From contig JAJDCG010000001.1 in NCBI GenBank assembly GCA_029260965.1, forward strand, positions 89,221 to 153,220: a stretch of 64,000 nucleotides of DNA, read 5' to 3'. The DNA is from Candidatus Levyibacteriota bacterium (GTDB lineage: Bacteria; Patescibacteriota; Microgenomatia; Levybacterales; UBA12049). The notes beneath the pieces are model-generated. The model saw only the letters and a program-made list of their open reading frames with translations. It ran no database searches and was not told where the DNA came from. Shown here piece after piece: positions 45,306 through 54,000 of this stretch. Made by a program: the position numbers and the translations under genes. The stretch's first letter is position 1. Each line of letters begins with the position of its first letter.

Positions 45306-45468
45306 ATATAAATAATAGCATTTATCCCTGTATAGGAACTACTACTGGCTTCACTTTGTTCATTTTTTCTTAGTTGGCCAGTAAACTTGAAATCTTCAAA
45401 CATCTTGAATATGCACACAAATTTACTGGTTATATTAACCTTACGATCCTCGAGCTCAACCAAAAGTT
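45302..45468 (-). pseudogene. C-terminal gene fragment paralogous to the 3' end of gene 42383-42856 (repeat copy B)
   Basis: The minus-strand translation ELLVELEDRKVNITSKFVCIFKMFEDFKFTGQLRKNEQ... matches WLGDRNVNITSQFVRIFKVFENFRFINQLKEEMEK. The frame opens straight after an in-frame TAG stop and the first in-frame Met is the internal M of KMFEDF. Confidence 0.5.
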
Positions 45469-45493
45469 CCTAAAGTGTGTTAGAATAAATAAA

Positions 45494-45994
45494 ATGAGTA
45501 AACTAATTACATGCATTTGGTTTGCGGGCAATGACGGAGAAGAGGCAGCAAACTACTACATAGATACTTTTAATTCTGCACCAGGTGATCACAGTGCAAA
45601 AATAGGAGATATTACAAAATCTCCTAAAGCATCAGAAGAAGTTTCCGGAAGACCTGAAGGATCTGTTATGACAGCTGAATACGAGCTTGATGGAATAAGC
45701 TTCATGGCTCTCAATGGTGGTCCTGTTGATCAATTCAAACTTAACGGCGCAACTTCATATATTGTGGAGTGCGAAACACAAGAAGAAATTGATTTCTTCT
45801 GGGAAAAACTTTCAGCAGATCCTGAAGCTGGACAATGCGGATGGTGTCAAGACCGCTTCGGTGTCACATGGCAAATAGTTCCAAGGATTTTGGATGAACT
45901 GATGAGAGATCCTCAAAAAGCTGAGGCAGTAACCGCTGCTTTTATGCCAATGAAGAAAATTGACCTTGAAACAATCCGAAAAGCCGGCGAATAA
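45494..45994 (+). CDS. VOC-superfamily (PhnB/3-demethylubiquinone-9 3-methyltransferase-like) protein
   Basis: MSKLITCIWFAGNDGEEAANYYIDTF...GQCGWCQDRFGVTWQIVP. The start was set at the internal ATG at 45494. The upstream extension of the longer ORF is the repeat. Confidence 0.7.
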   Translation: MSKLITCIWFAGNDGEEAANYYIDTFNSAPGDHSAKIGDITKSPKASEEVSGRPEGSVMTAEYELDGISFMALNGGPVDQFKLNGATSYIVECETQEEIDFFWEKLSADPEAGQCGWCQDRFGVTWQIVPRILDELMRDPQKAEAVTAAFMPMKKIDLETIRKAGE

Positions 45995-46128
45995 AGCCGT
46001 TGCTATAGAAGAGTATTTATGAAATAGCTTCTAACTATCATAAAAAGAATGATTCGGTTTTATTTTGCCTACCTAAGTACTCCCCAAATCCAGCCCGTAG
46101 GATAATAAATTTTTGCTATACTTTATTT

Positions 46129-46485
46129 ATGAAAATTAGAACAGTTGATGAATATATTGCAAATGCTCCGAAACAAATACAAAGCAGGCTCAAAGAGTTA
46201 CGTTCTGCTATCAAATCCGCAGCACCAAAAGCTTCAGAAAAAATAAGTTATGGCATGCCTTATTACAGTTACAAAGGAAGGCTTATTTATTTTGGTTTTG
46301 CTAAAAATCACATTGGGATTTATACTATGCCACCCATTGTTGAGGAATTTGGTAAGGAGCTCAAAAAATACCAGACAGGTAAAGCAACCATCCGTCTGCC
46401 TCTTGATGAAAATTTACCGATTGAGTTAATCAAAAAACTAGTTAAAGCCAGAGTAAAATTTAACGACAATGCGAAAAAATCCTAA
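46129..46485 (+). CDS. DUF1801 (YdhG-like) domain protein
   Basis: RTVDEYIANAPKQIQSRLKELRSAIKSAAPKASEKISYGMPYYSYKGRLIYFGFAKNHIGIY. Confidence 0.6.
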   Translation: MKIRTVDEYIANAPKQIQSRLKELRSAIKSAAPKASEKISYGMPYYSYKGRLIYFGFAKNHIGIYTMPPIVEEFGKELKKYQTGKATIRLPLDENLPIELIKKLVKARVKFNDNAKKS

Positions 46486-46503
46486 ATAGTATATAATACA
46501 CTT

Positions 46504-46635
46504 ATGGCAAAAAGAGATACAGGAGTTGGAAAAAAAAGGAATAAATTAAAAAGACCTCACAAAACAGCAAAAAGGCTGGATGCTAAAAAAGTCATGCTTG
46601 CTGCCAAAAAACCCGCAAAAAGAAGGACAAAATAA
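46504..46635 (+). CDS. small highly basic protein (43 aa)
   Basis: MAKRDTGVGKKRNKLKRPHKTAKRLDAKKVMLAAKKPAKRRTK. It sits exactly between two genes. Not in the ORF track because it is under 60 aa. Confidence 0.35.
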   Translation: MAKRDTGVGKKRNKLKRPHKTAKRLDAKKVMLAAKKPAKRRTK

Positions 46636-46656
46636 CTCCTCTGATATAATGGCTGG

Positions 46657-47052
46657 ATGAAGACAATAGTCTCATCAGACAAGATTTACGTTTCCGTTTC
46701 AAAAATCCCTGACTCTGGTCGTGGAGTATTTGCTAGAGTTGATATCAAAAAAGGAGAAATTATCGAGACCTGTCCTCTGATAGAAATACCAGTAAATGAT
46801 TTTGCAAACATAAATCAAAGCTTTCTAGTAACGTACTTTTTTTCATTTGGAGCCAAAAAAGAAACACTAGCAATAGCCCTTGGTTTTGGCGCTATTTATA
46901 ACCATACCTATACTCCAAATGCTACTTATAAAAAGGTGTCAGGTGAAAGCATTATGAAATTTATTGCGCTTAAAAACATCAAAAAGCACCAAGAAATAAC
47001 CGTAAATTATAACAACGGTGATCCAACAGACACCACCCCTCTCTGGTTTTAG
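46657..47052 (+). CDS. SET-domain protein (bacterial lysine methyltransferase-like), minimal form
   Basis: GRGVFARVDIKKGEII, then NHTYTPNA (the NHS motif), then EITVNY (the ELxxDY-like motif). 131 aa, with no post-SET Cys cluster. Confidence 0.65.
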   Translation: MKTIVSSDKIYVSVSKIPDSGRGVFARVDIKKGEIIETCPLIEIPVNDFANINQSFLVTYFFSFGAKKETLAIALGFGAIYNHTYTPNATYKKVSGESIMKFIALKNIKKHQEITVNYNNGDPTDTTPLWF

Positions 47053-47102
47053 TAATTAATTTTCTTACAAAAAACTTACATTTATGATATAGAATTATAT
47101 TT

Positions 47103-47996
47103 ATGTCAAATAAAAAAATTGTCCCTCATCTATGGTTTGATACTCAGGCTGTTGAAGCAGCTGATTTTTATGTATCGACATTTGGTGAAGGATCAAAAGT
47201 TACCAACAAGTATAAACTTCACAATACGCCATCAGGAGATGTAGACACAGTGAGCTTCAATCTCTTGGGAATAGATTTTATGGCAATTTCAGCTGGACCT
47301 TTTTTCAAATTTAATCCATCAATTTCATTTATTGTTGGCTGCGAAACCAAAGAGGAGGTAAATAGACTCTGGGAAAAATTATCAGAAGGCGGAAAGACGC
47401 TTATGCCTCTTGATAAATATCCATTTTCTGAACGCTTTGGCTGGATTCAGGATAAATTTGGCCTTTCATGGCAGCTAATCTTTACACATCCTGAGGGTGA
47501 TCAAAGACCCAGAATTGTCCCAGCTCTTCTTTTTACAAATGAAGTTTCTGGAAAGGCAGATGAGGCGATTAGGTTCTATTTATCTGTTTTTAAAGATTCC
47601 AAGATGGGCAGCAAAATGACTTACGGACCAGATCAAAAACCAGAAAAAGAAGGAAATATCATGTTTGCTGACTTCCAGCTTTTTGACACATGGATGGCTG
47701 CAATGGATAGCTCTCTAGATCACAAATTCAATTTCGGTGAAGCAATCTCATTTATCCTTAACTGTGATACGCAGGAAGAAATAGATTATTATTGGGAGAA
47801 ATTATCTTTTGTTCCAGAATCAGAGCAATGCGGCTGGCTCAAGGATAAGTATGGTATCAGCTGGCAGATTATTCCAAAGATTCTTGACGAGATGCTTGAG
47901 AAAGGTAGCAAAGAGCAGGCAGAACGTGTCACACAAGCCTTTCTTAAAATGAAAAAATTTGATATCAAAAAACTCAAAAAGGCTTATACTAAATAA
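47103..47996 (+). CDS. tandem-domain VOC/PhnB-like protein
   Basis: There are two repeats, each with the pattern [18 protein letters not shown]...[14 protein letters not shown]. The second repeat has [16 protein letters not shown]. Confidence 0.7.
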   Translation: MSNKKIVPHLWFDTQAVEAADFYVSTFGEGSKVTNKYKLHNTPSGDVDTVSFNLLGIDFMAISAGPFFKFNPSISFIVGCETKEEVNRLWEKLSEGGKTLMPLDKYPFSERFGWIQDKFGLSWQLIFTHPEGDQRPRIVPALLFTNEVSGKADEAIRFYLSVFKDSKMGSKMTYGPDQKPEKEGNIMFADFQLFDTWMAAMDSSLDHKFNFGEAISFILNCDTQEEIDYYWEKLSFVPESEQCGWLKDKYGISWQIIPKILDEMLEKGSKEQAERVTQAFLKMKKFDIKKLKKAYTK

Positions 47997-47997
47997 T

Positions 47998-48384
47998 ATG
48001 TTTAAAAATACACCTGCATTCAGTGGATTTTCAGTTGACAACCTTGAGAAAGCAAGAAAATTTTATGGTGATACACTTGGAGTAAATGTCGATAAGGATG
48101 ACATGGGATTGTATCTTAATCTAAAGGGAGCAGGCAAGATATTTGTTTACGAAAAAGAAAATCATATACCTGCAACATTTACACTTCTTAATTTTATAGT
48201 TCCAGATATAAACAAAGCAGTTGATGAATTATCAAAAAAAGGGATAAGATTTGAACACTACACAGGTGATATGGCAACAGATGAAAAAGGGATTCTTCGA
48301 GGGATTGCAGCCAACATGGGCCCTGATATTGCCTGGTTCAAAGATCCAGCTGGTAATTTTCTTTCAGTACTTCAAGAAAAATAA
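47998..48384 (+). CDS. VOC/glyoxalase-family protein
   Basis: FSGFSVDNLEKARKFYGDTLGVNV...WFKDPAGNFLSVLQ. The start is the ATG at 47998, just after the upstream stop. Confidence 0.65.
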   Translation: MFKNTPAFSGFSVDNLEKARKFYGDTLGVNVDKDDMGLYLNLKGAGKIFVYEKENHIPATFTLLNFIVPDINKAVDELSKKGIRFEHYTGDMATDEKGILRGIAANMGPDIAWFKDPAGNFLSVLQEK

Positions 48385-48430
48385 TCTCATTTAATCTCTC
48401 CAATATCTATGCTAGAGTATATACATACCT

Positions 48431-48922
48431 ATGGTTGATCAAATAAATAATCAGGAGAGTGAAAAAATGCATGAAATTGAAGAAGCAGCAGAAAAAATAT
48501 CTGATGAACTGCATGTAGAATTACCAGCTAAGGGACTTCTCTTTCCAATCAGAATAATCGCGCTTTTTGCGCTTCTTGGCGGTCTTGGGATAATTGGATC
48601 AGGATTTGCTGATATCCTTGATGCGACAAAAAACAATGTTTGGGTATATATATTTCGAACCTCAGTTGGGATATTGGCACTTGCTGCAGCTTATGGAATA
48701 ATTGAGCACAAAAGATGGGCGATTTGGTTTTTTGGATTGATTGTTTTCATGGGTCTTGTTATAAACCCAATTATTACGCTCTTTCCCCTGGCAGCTTTTA
48801 TCTATTTATTTACAAAACGAGAACTTTTTGAACCTTCAAGATTTGATAAACTTCTTGATTTAGTCTGGCAGGCAATAAGAGAAAAGATTCAAAAACAAAA
48901 ACCAACAGATAATTTATCATAG
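48431..48922 (+). CDS. hypothetical membrane protein
   Basis: Four predicted TM helices and no motif. Confidence 0.35.
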   Translation: MVDQINNQESEKMHEIEEAAEKISDELHVELPAKGLLFPIRIIALFALLGGLGIIGSGFADILDATKNNVWVYIFRTSVGILALAAAYGIIEHKRWAIWFFGLIVFMGLVINPIITLFPLAAFIYLFTKRELFEPSRFDKLLDLVWQAIREKIQKQKPTDNLS

Positions 48923-49161
48923 CTCTTACTTGCTGAGGGTCTTGATATACTGTATTTACTTATGCAATTTCTTGGTCTTACATTTCAAGTTACTGGCGAG
49001 GTCATGATAGGGCTTACTGCTATCATGGTGCATCGAAGGGTCTGGAAAGAACACAAAATAGATCCTGCAGTTTATAAAGAGATGAGAAGGGAACAAACCG
49101 TGGGGATACTTGGAATTTCTTTTTTAATAATCGGGTATTTCTTGCAGATTCTCTTTTAATC

Positions 49162-49482
49162 TTATTTTTTTCCTTTTCTTCTTGATTCTGATCTGTATTG
49201 CATTTGAGCTGTTAACTCCTCAATTACAGACACCACTAATCCATATACAATGAGCGCGAAAAGCGCTGAAAATTCTATCACAAATCCTCCCTTAATTGCA
49301 GGTGATGGGAACATGCCAGTAAAAGGTGTGAGGAGCGGAGCGCTTGTCTCATAAACCCATTTAACAAATGGCGCACTTTGATTGGCTCCGAAAAATTTGA
49401 GCACCACCCGGAGTCCGACGATAAGTCCGATAAACCACAAAACCCAATTTACAAGTCTGAGTAACATTGTTGATGCATTCAT
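49162..49482 (-). CDS. small membrane protein (possibly YggT family)
   Basis: 106 aa with two TM helices and a basic C-terminus. Confidence 0.35.
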   Translation of the reverse strand: MNASTMLLRLVNWVLWFIGLIVGLRVVLKFFGANQSAPFVKWVYETSAPLLTPFTGMFPSPAIKGGFVIEFSALFALIVYGLVVSVIEELTAQMQYRSESRRKGKK

Positions 49483-49559
49483 AATTGTAATTTATAAAAT
49501 TTTATTTTTCTTGTCAAGATATTTATATAAACTTATTTCAGTTCTGCTATAATTTCCTC

Positions 49560-50083
49560 ATGGATACCAACCTCCGCCAACTCTTCAAAGATAAATTACA
49601 TGGAGCGCATGATTATTCACACATCAAACGGATTTTGCGATACGGTGAGCAAATTAACTCAGTCTATAAGGGTAAGTGGAGAATTTTGAAGCCGCACTTT
49701 TGCTTCACGAAATAACAAAGAATAACCTTCCAAGCATAAAAAAATATTTACCCGAGTTTACTAATGATGAGGTGGAGAAGGTTACATATTGCATCAGACA
49801 CCATTATGATTTTGTAGATAAGCCGACAACACTTGAGGGCAAAATAGTGCAAGACTGCGACATAATAGATATGCTTGGTGCTGTGGGAGTCGCAAGAGGC
49901 TTTATGTCATCGGGTGAGCGCGGGCTTGATCTGGTAGAGGGTAAGAAAGAGTATAAAAAGAAAAGGCTAAGCGTAATAGATCATCTGAATCTTGAAGAAT
50001 CAAAAAAGATTGCTGAAGAAAGAGCGGAGTTAACGAAATTATTTTTCAAGAAGATAGATGAAGAGATGAGTGCAATATATTGA
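49560..50083 (+). pseudogene. HD-domain phosphohydrolase gene split by a -1 frameshift (ORF 49560-49715 plus ORF 49676-50083)
   Basis: The upstream ORF MDTNLRQLFKDKLHGAHDYSHIKRILRYGEQI carries the His motif. The downstream frame VENFEAALLLHEITK carries the aaLLHDIGK-like motif. Re-reading one base near 49674-49676 joins them into a ~175-aa HD protein. Confidence 0.55.
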
Positions 50084-50117
50084 CAAGTGGGGCCTTATGT
50101 TATAACATGGTTATAAT

Positions 50118-50360
50118 ATGCAACAGACTGTAATAAAAGTCGGAAATTCTCTTGCTGTAACTGTTCCCAGCACTTTTGCAAAAGAAAGGAAACTCAAGGC
50201 TGGTCAGAAAGTATTTGTTCAGGCAGATTCTGATTCTGATATTATGCAGGTAAGCACAGAACAAAACCCTGATACAAGTATGAGTCCGGAATTTTTGAGT
50301 TGGCTTAAAAAATTTAATGCAAAATATAAGAAAGGCCTCACAGAGCTTGCCAAAAAGTGA
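50118..50360 (+). CDS. AbrB/MazE/SpoVT-type antitoxin
   Basis: MQQTVIKVGNSLAVTVPSTFAKERKLKAGQKVFV is a swapped-hairpin beta-barrel. A 4-nt overlap with the downstream Doc gene. Confidence 0.7.
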   Translation: MQQTVIKVGNSLAVTVPSTFAKERKLKAGQKVFVQADSDSDIMQVSTEQNPDTSMSPEFLSWLKKFNAKYKKGLTELAKK

Positions 50361-50746
50361 AAGTAAGATACATATCTTTTAAAGAAGTAGCCGCAATTCA
50401 CGAAGACATGATTGATCAATATGGTGGAAGTCATGGGATTCGAGATCTGGGACTTGTAGAATCTGCGCTGGCAAGACCTCAAGCTCCATTTAGTAAAATT
50501 GATCTGTATAAGACAATCTTTGATAAAGCTGCAGCGCTTTTTCATTCCATGATGTTTAATTATGCATTTGTTGATGGCAATAAACGTACGACTTTTGCTA
50601 TAGCTGTTAGATTTTTGTATAAAAACGGCTATTCTTTGGAGATTTCTCAGGAAGAAGTAGTTAATTTTCCGCTTAGTGTAGAAAATGAACATCTTTCAGT
50701 GGAAGAAATCGCCGCGTGGCTCGAGGATAACTCCAAAAAAACTTAG
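50357..50746 (+). CDS. Doc/Fic-family toxin (death-on-curing)
   Basis: The Fic/Doc motif is HSMMFNYAFVDGNKRTTF (H.F.DGNKR). Confidence 0.8.
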   Translation: MKVRYISFKEVAAIHEDMIDQYGGSHGIRDLGLVESALARPQAPFSKIDLYKTIFDKAAALFHSMMFNYAFVDGNKRTTFAIAVRFLYKNGYSLEISQEEVVNFPLSVENEHLSVEEIAAWLEDNSKKT

Positions 50747-50920
50747 CCTTTTATCATTCATTTTTCTTACCATATTCCCATTATATTTATATAGGCATAC
50801 TTTATGATGCTAGTATCATGGAAACGCAATTCATTGTTATAACAGGGTGAGTAATAGGATTTTATATTTATTTTTATGGCTAAGTTTTTCTATTGGCCAA
50901 TCTATTGTTATAATTGGTTT

Positions 50921-51340
50921 ATGAAAAATTGCGCTTTTTGTGGAGATGAAATCAGGAATAGATATATTCAAGAAGAAAAGTTTTCTTTTGTTATCCTCAG
51001 TAATCCACGAGTTGTGCCAGGACATTTGCTCATTATCCCCAAACGACACGTCCAGAAATTTGCAGAACTAACACCAACGGAAACGCTTGAAATGATAAAT
51101 CTTCTCGGATTTTATCAGGAAAAAATTCTCTCAAAATTTTCAAAGGGGACTGAAATAAGACAAAATTACCGCCCGTATAAAAAAGATAGTAAGATACACG
51201 TAAATCATTTTCATTTTCATATTATCCCAAGGGAAGAAGCAGACGAATTGGAAAAAAAATTGGATATTCACAAAAGACTTTTTTACAAAGAATTGTCAGA
51301 CAAAGAAAGGGAGAAAATAGTCAAAAAACTTTTTGATTAA
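50921..51340 (+). CDS. HIT (histidine triad) family protein
   Basis: MKNCAFCGDEI...VVPGHLLIIPKRH...HVNHFHFHIIPR matches the HxHxHxx motif. Confidence 0.75.
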   Translation: MKNCAFCGDEIRNRYIQEEKFSFVILSNPRVVPGHLLIIPKRHVQKFAELTPTETLEMINLLGFYQEKILSKFSKGTEIRQNYRPYKKDSKIHVNHFHFHIIPREEADELEKKLDIHKRLFYKELSDKEREKIVKKLFD

Positions 51341-51912
51341 GATTTTTGAAAGTCTATGTCAGTGGGGAGCTGGAATTTTGACTCATCAGGCGTCCACGGC
51401 TGGCAATTAAACCTCATCTCACGACTTATCTGTTCGGCTTGTTGTTTTTTTTCCGCGGTCATTGATTCTGTTTCTTCTTTAAGTGTTTCATTTGTGAATT
51501 GGAAACCTTGTTTGATACCTGCTGTTTCAAGCCACATATAGATGTTGTTATCGATATAGATTGTGTTTGCCTCCATATTTACACCAGCTGTGTTGCCTGC
51601 GATCTGGCTTCTCCCTTTATTGTCCGTTGTCCATATTTTACCTGTTCCAAACAGGTTGTTTTCTGCCTCACCTGGAATTTTCCAGTCGCACTGGAGATTT
51701 TTACCTCTACTTATGAGGTTAGTTATAGTTCCAGTTGATTCACCAATAAAATCAGTATCATTTTTTTCGTGTATTATTTTTTCTTTTGTTGAATTGGACA
51801 AATCTTCAAGTGTGCTTTTTTGTATAAATACGATAAAACCTATTACACCTAAAACAACAAGTCCGATTCCAACAATAACTGGAGTTGAAAAACCCTTAAC
51901 AAGCTGATTCAT
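51337..51912 (-). CDS. hypothetical membrane-anchored protein
   Basis: An N-terminal TM helix and an N/T/G-rich ectodomain. Confidence 0.35.
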   Translation of the reverse strand: MNQLVKGFSTPVIVGIGLVVLGVIGFIVFIQKSTLEDLSNSTKEKIIHEKNDTDFIGESTGTITNLISRGKNLQCDWKIPGEAENNLFGTGKIWTTDNKGRSQIAGNTAGVNMEANTIYIDNNIYMWLETAGIKQGFQFTNETLKEETESMTAEKKQQAEQISREMRFNCQPWTPDESKFQLPTDIDFQKS

Positions 51913-51994
51913 ATATCAATAGTATTTAATTTGTCTATGTTTGTCCAGATGAATTTGACTATTCACCTAAAGTGATAGATAATAAGCGCGTATT

Positions 51995-52540
51995 ATGAAG
52001 AATAGATTAATCTTGCTTGGAGTTTTAGTGGGAGTTTTGGGATATATGTATTATTCATATGTAGTATCTAGCCCTCAGTATTCTGTCTTTCAGATGTACC
52101 AAGCGGTGCGTGCGCATGACTATGAAGGTTTTGATAAATATGCAGATATTGATCAGATAGCTGATAATATGGCAGATGAGATAGTGCCTGAGGCGCAGGT
52201 TGATACAAGTATTAATTTGAATCTAAATGTGTTTGAAATCGTCAAGTTAAATCTTGCACCCCGAATAAATACAGGTCTTACGAGAGCGGTTGTAATTGAC
52301 AATGCAAAAAGAGAGTTAAAGAATAATATTGAGGAAAAAGGAGAAATAGAAAAAGCAACATACAGGGAGGATAATTTGTTTAAGGCTCTTAATGAAATAA
52401 AAATTACAACACAAGGTAGTGTTGCACTGGTTGCAGTTCCGATTGATGGAAAGCCACTGAACTTAAAAATGAGAAAAGTTGAAAATTATTGGGAAGTTTT
52501 CGAAGTTGATATAAAATCTCCTGCGCTTCAAGACAACTGA
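51995..52540 (+). CDS. hypothetical secreted/membrane-anchored protein
   Basis: A signal anchor is present. AHDYEGFDKYADIDQIADNM is possibly DUF2939-like. Confidence 0.35.
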   Translation: MKNRLILLGVLVGVLGYMYYSYVVSSPQYSVFQMYQAVRAHDYEGFDKYADIDQIADNMADEIVPEAQVDTSINLNLNVFEIVKLNLAPRINTGLTRAVVIDNAKRELKNNIEEKGEIEKATYREDNLFKALNEIKITTQGSVALVAVPIDGKPLNLKMRKVENYWEVFEVDIKSPALQDN

Positions 52541-52560
52541 TACCTGTTATAATTATTGAA

Positions 52561-53334
52561 ATGGATTATTTTAGCGCTGTTATTTTCTCTATTGTTGAGG
52601 GACTGAGTGAATTTCTTCCCATTTCATCAACTGGACATCTTGTCTTGACTGCCAAGCTTCTTAATATTCCCCAAACAGATTTCGTCAAAAGTTTTGAAAT
52701 AATTATCCAACTCGGCGCGATACTTGCAGTCGTTGTTCTTTACTGGAATAAGATTTGGAATATCAAAAAAACATGGCGTCCTATTGTCCTAGCTTTTATT
52801 CCAACTGCGATAGTGGGATTTTTTCTTTATGAGTTGATTAAAAATTATTTGCTGGGAAATGAGTTTGTAACGCTTTGGGCGCTTGCGATAGGTGGAGTTG
52901 TTATGATTTTGGTTGAGAAATGGTTTGGATCAAGAAGTCTGAAGGTTTTAGAAATTGAAAATATTACAACAAAAAATGCAATTTTGATTGGTTTTTTTCA
53001 AGCATTATCTGTTGTTCCTGGAGTATCACGCGCTGCTGCAACAATAATAGGAGCAATGATACTAGGGACCAAGCGAAAAGCCGCAGTTGAGTTTTCTTTT
53101 CTTTTAGCAATCCCAACAATGGCTGCTGCCACAGGGCTTGATCTTTTGAAAACTGATCTTTCATTCACTGGACAGGAGTGGGGAGCTTTGTCAGTTGGAT
53201 TTATTGGATCTTTTATTTTCGCAATGATCGCGGTTAAGTTCCTCATACGCTTTGTACAAAACCATACATTTGTACCATTTGGTATATATAGAATAGTCCT
53301 CGCTCTGCTTTTTTATCTTTTTATTCTTCGTTAA
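52561..53334 (+). CDS. uppP: undecaprenyl-diphosphatase
   Basis: MDYFSAVIFSIVEGLSEFLPISSTGHLVL...PGVSRAAATIIGA. Confidence 0.85.
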   Translation: MDYFSAVIFSIVEGLSEFLPISSTGHLVLTAKLLNIPQTDFVKSFEIIIQLGAILAVVVLYWNKIWNIKKTWRPIVLAFIPTAIVGFFLYELIKNYLLGNEFVTLWALAIGGVVMILVEKWFGSRSLKVLEIENITTKNAILIGFFQALSVVPGVSRAAATIIGAMILGTKRKAAVEFSFLLAIPTMAAATGLDLLKTDLSFTGQEWGALSVGFIGSFIFAMIAVKFLIRFVQNHTFVPFGIYRIVLALLFYLFILR

Positions 53335-53398
53335 TTAAATTTTCAATATAAGTTTACTACTTGACTTATGTATCAGCATACTAGTATAATATAAAACA

Positions 53399-53656
53399 AT
53401 GAATAGAAATTCTAAAGAGTTGAATGAACTGATGAATGTGGTTTTGAAGCTAAAAAGTAGACGTGAGCTTGAAGATTTTTTATATGGAATTTTGACACCC
53501 AAAGAACTTATTGAAATTCCAAATAGGCTGAAAATTGTAAAACTTTTAAAAAATGGAATTACACATCAGGATATTTCAAGCAAGTTAAAAGTCGGGGTTG
53601 CGACAGTGACACGAGGATCACGCGAAATTCAGAAAGGGAGATTTAAATATGTATAA
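53399..53656 (+). CDS. YerC/YecD (TrpR-like) family DNA-binding protein
   Basis: LKSRRELEDFLYGILTPKELIEIPNRLKIVKLLKNGITHQDISSKLKVGVATVTRGSR. Confidence 0.65.
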   Translation: MNRNSKELNELMNVVLKLKSRRELEDFLYGILTPKELIEIPNRLKIVKLLKNGITHQDISSKLKVGVATVTRGSREIQKGRFKYV

Positions 53657-53744
53657 AAATAAAAATATAAAAAATTGGTGGAACAGCCTAACTCTTTTGG
53701 GAGGCTGATTTTCGCGTTTAAAATTTCCTAAACACCTACATGAA

Positions 53745-53768
53745 CCTCTCAATTCGAGAGGTTTTTTA
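53745..53768 (+). terminator. Rho-independent terminator
   Basis: CCTCTC-aattc-GAGAGG followed by TTTTTT. Confidence 0.65.
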
Positions 53769-54000
53769 TTGATTATGAAAGAATTTGAAATAAATACTAA
53801 TGGAAAGGAAACCCCACAGCCTGAAAAAGGTGAGGGGTCGGTTTGGAGAAAATAATAATGTAGTTGAGTTTACTACAGCAAGAGAATTTATGAGGTTCAT
53901 GTTTGATGAGTCAGGATCAGATAGTATTTCTGTCTTTTCTTCTTACCATACATATCAAAATAATATTAAAATTGGAAAAGTATTAAAGGAGGTAAACGCT

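Noticed and set aside
40221-45500. Classical integrated island delimited by a tRNA 3'-end direct repeat
   Set aside because: The tRNA-Asn 3' duplicate lies only ~70 nt from the intact tRNA, not at the distal end of the accessory patch. The 42413/45362 repeats are unrelated to the tRNA sequence, so island boundaries cannot be defined this way.
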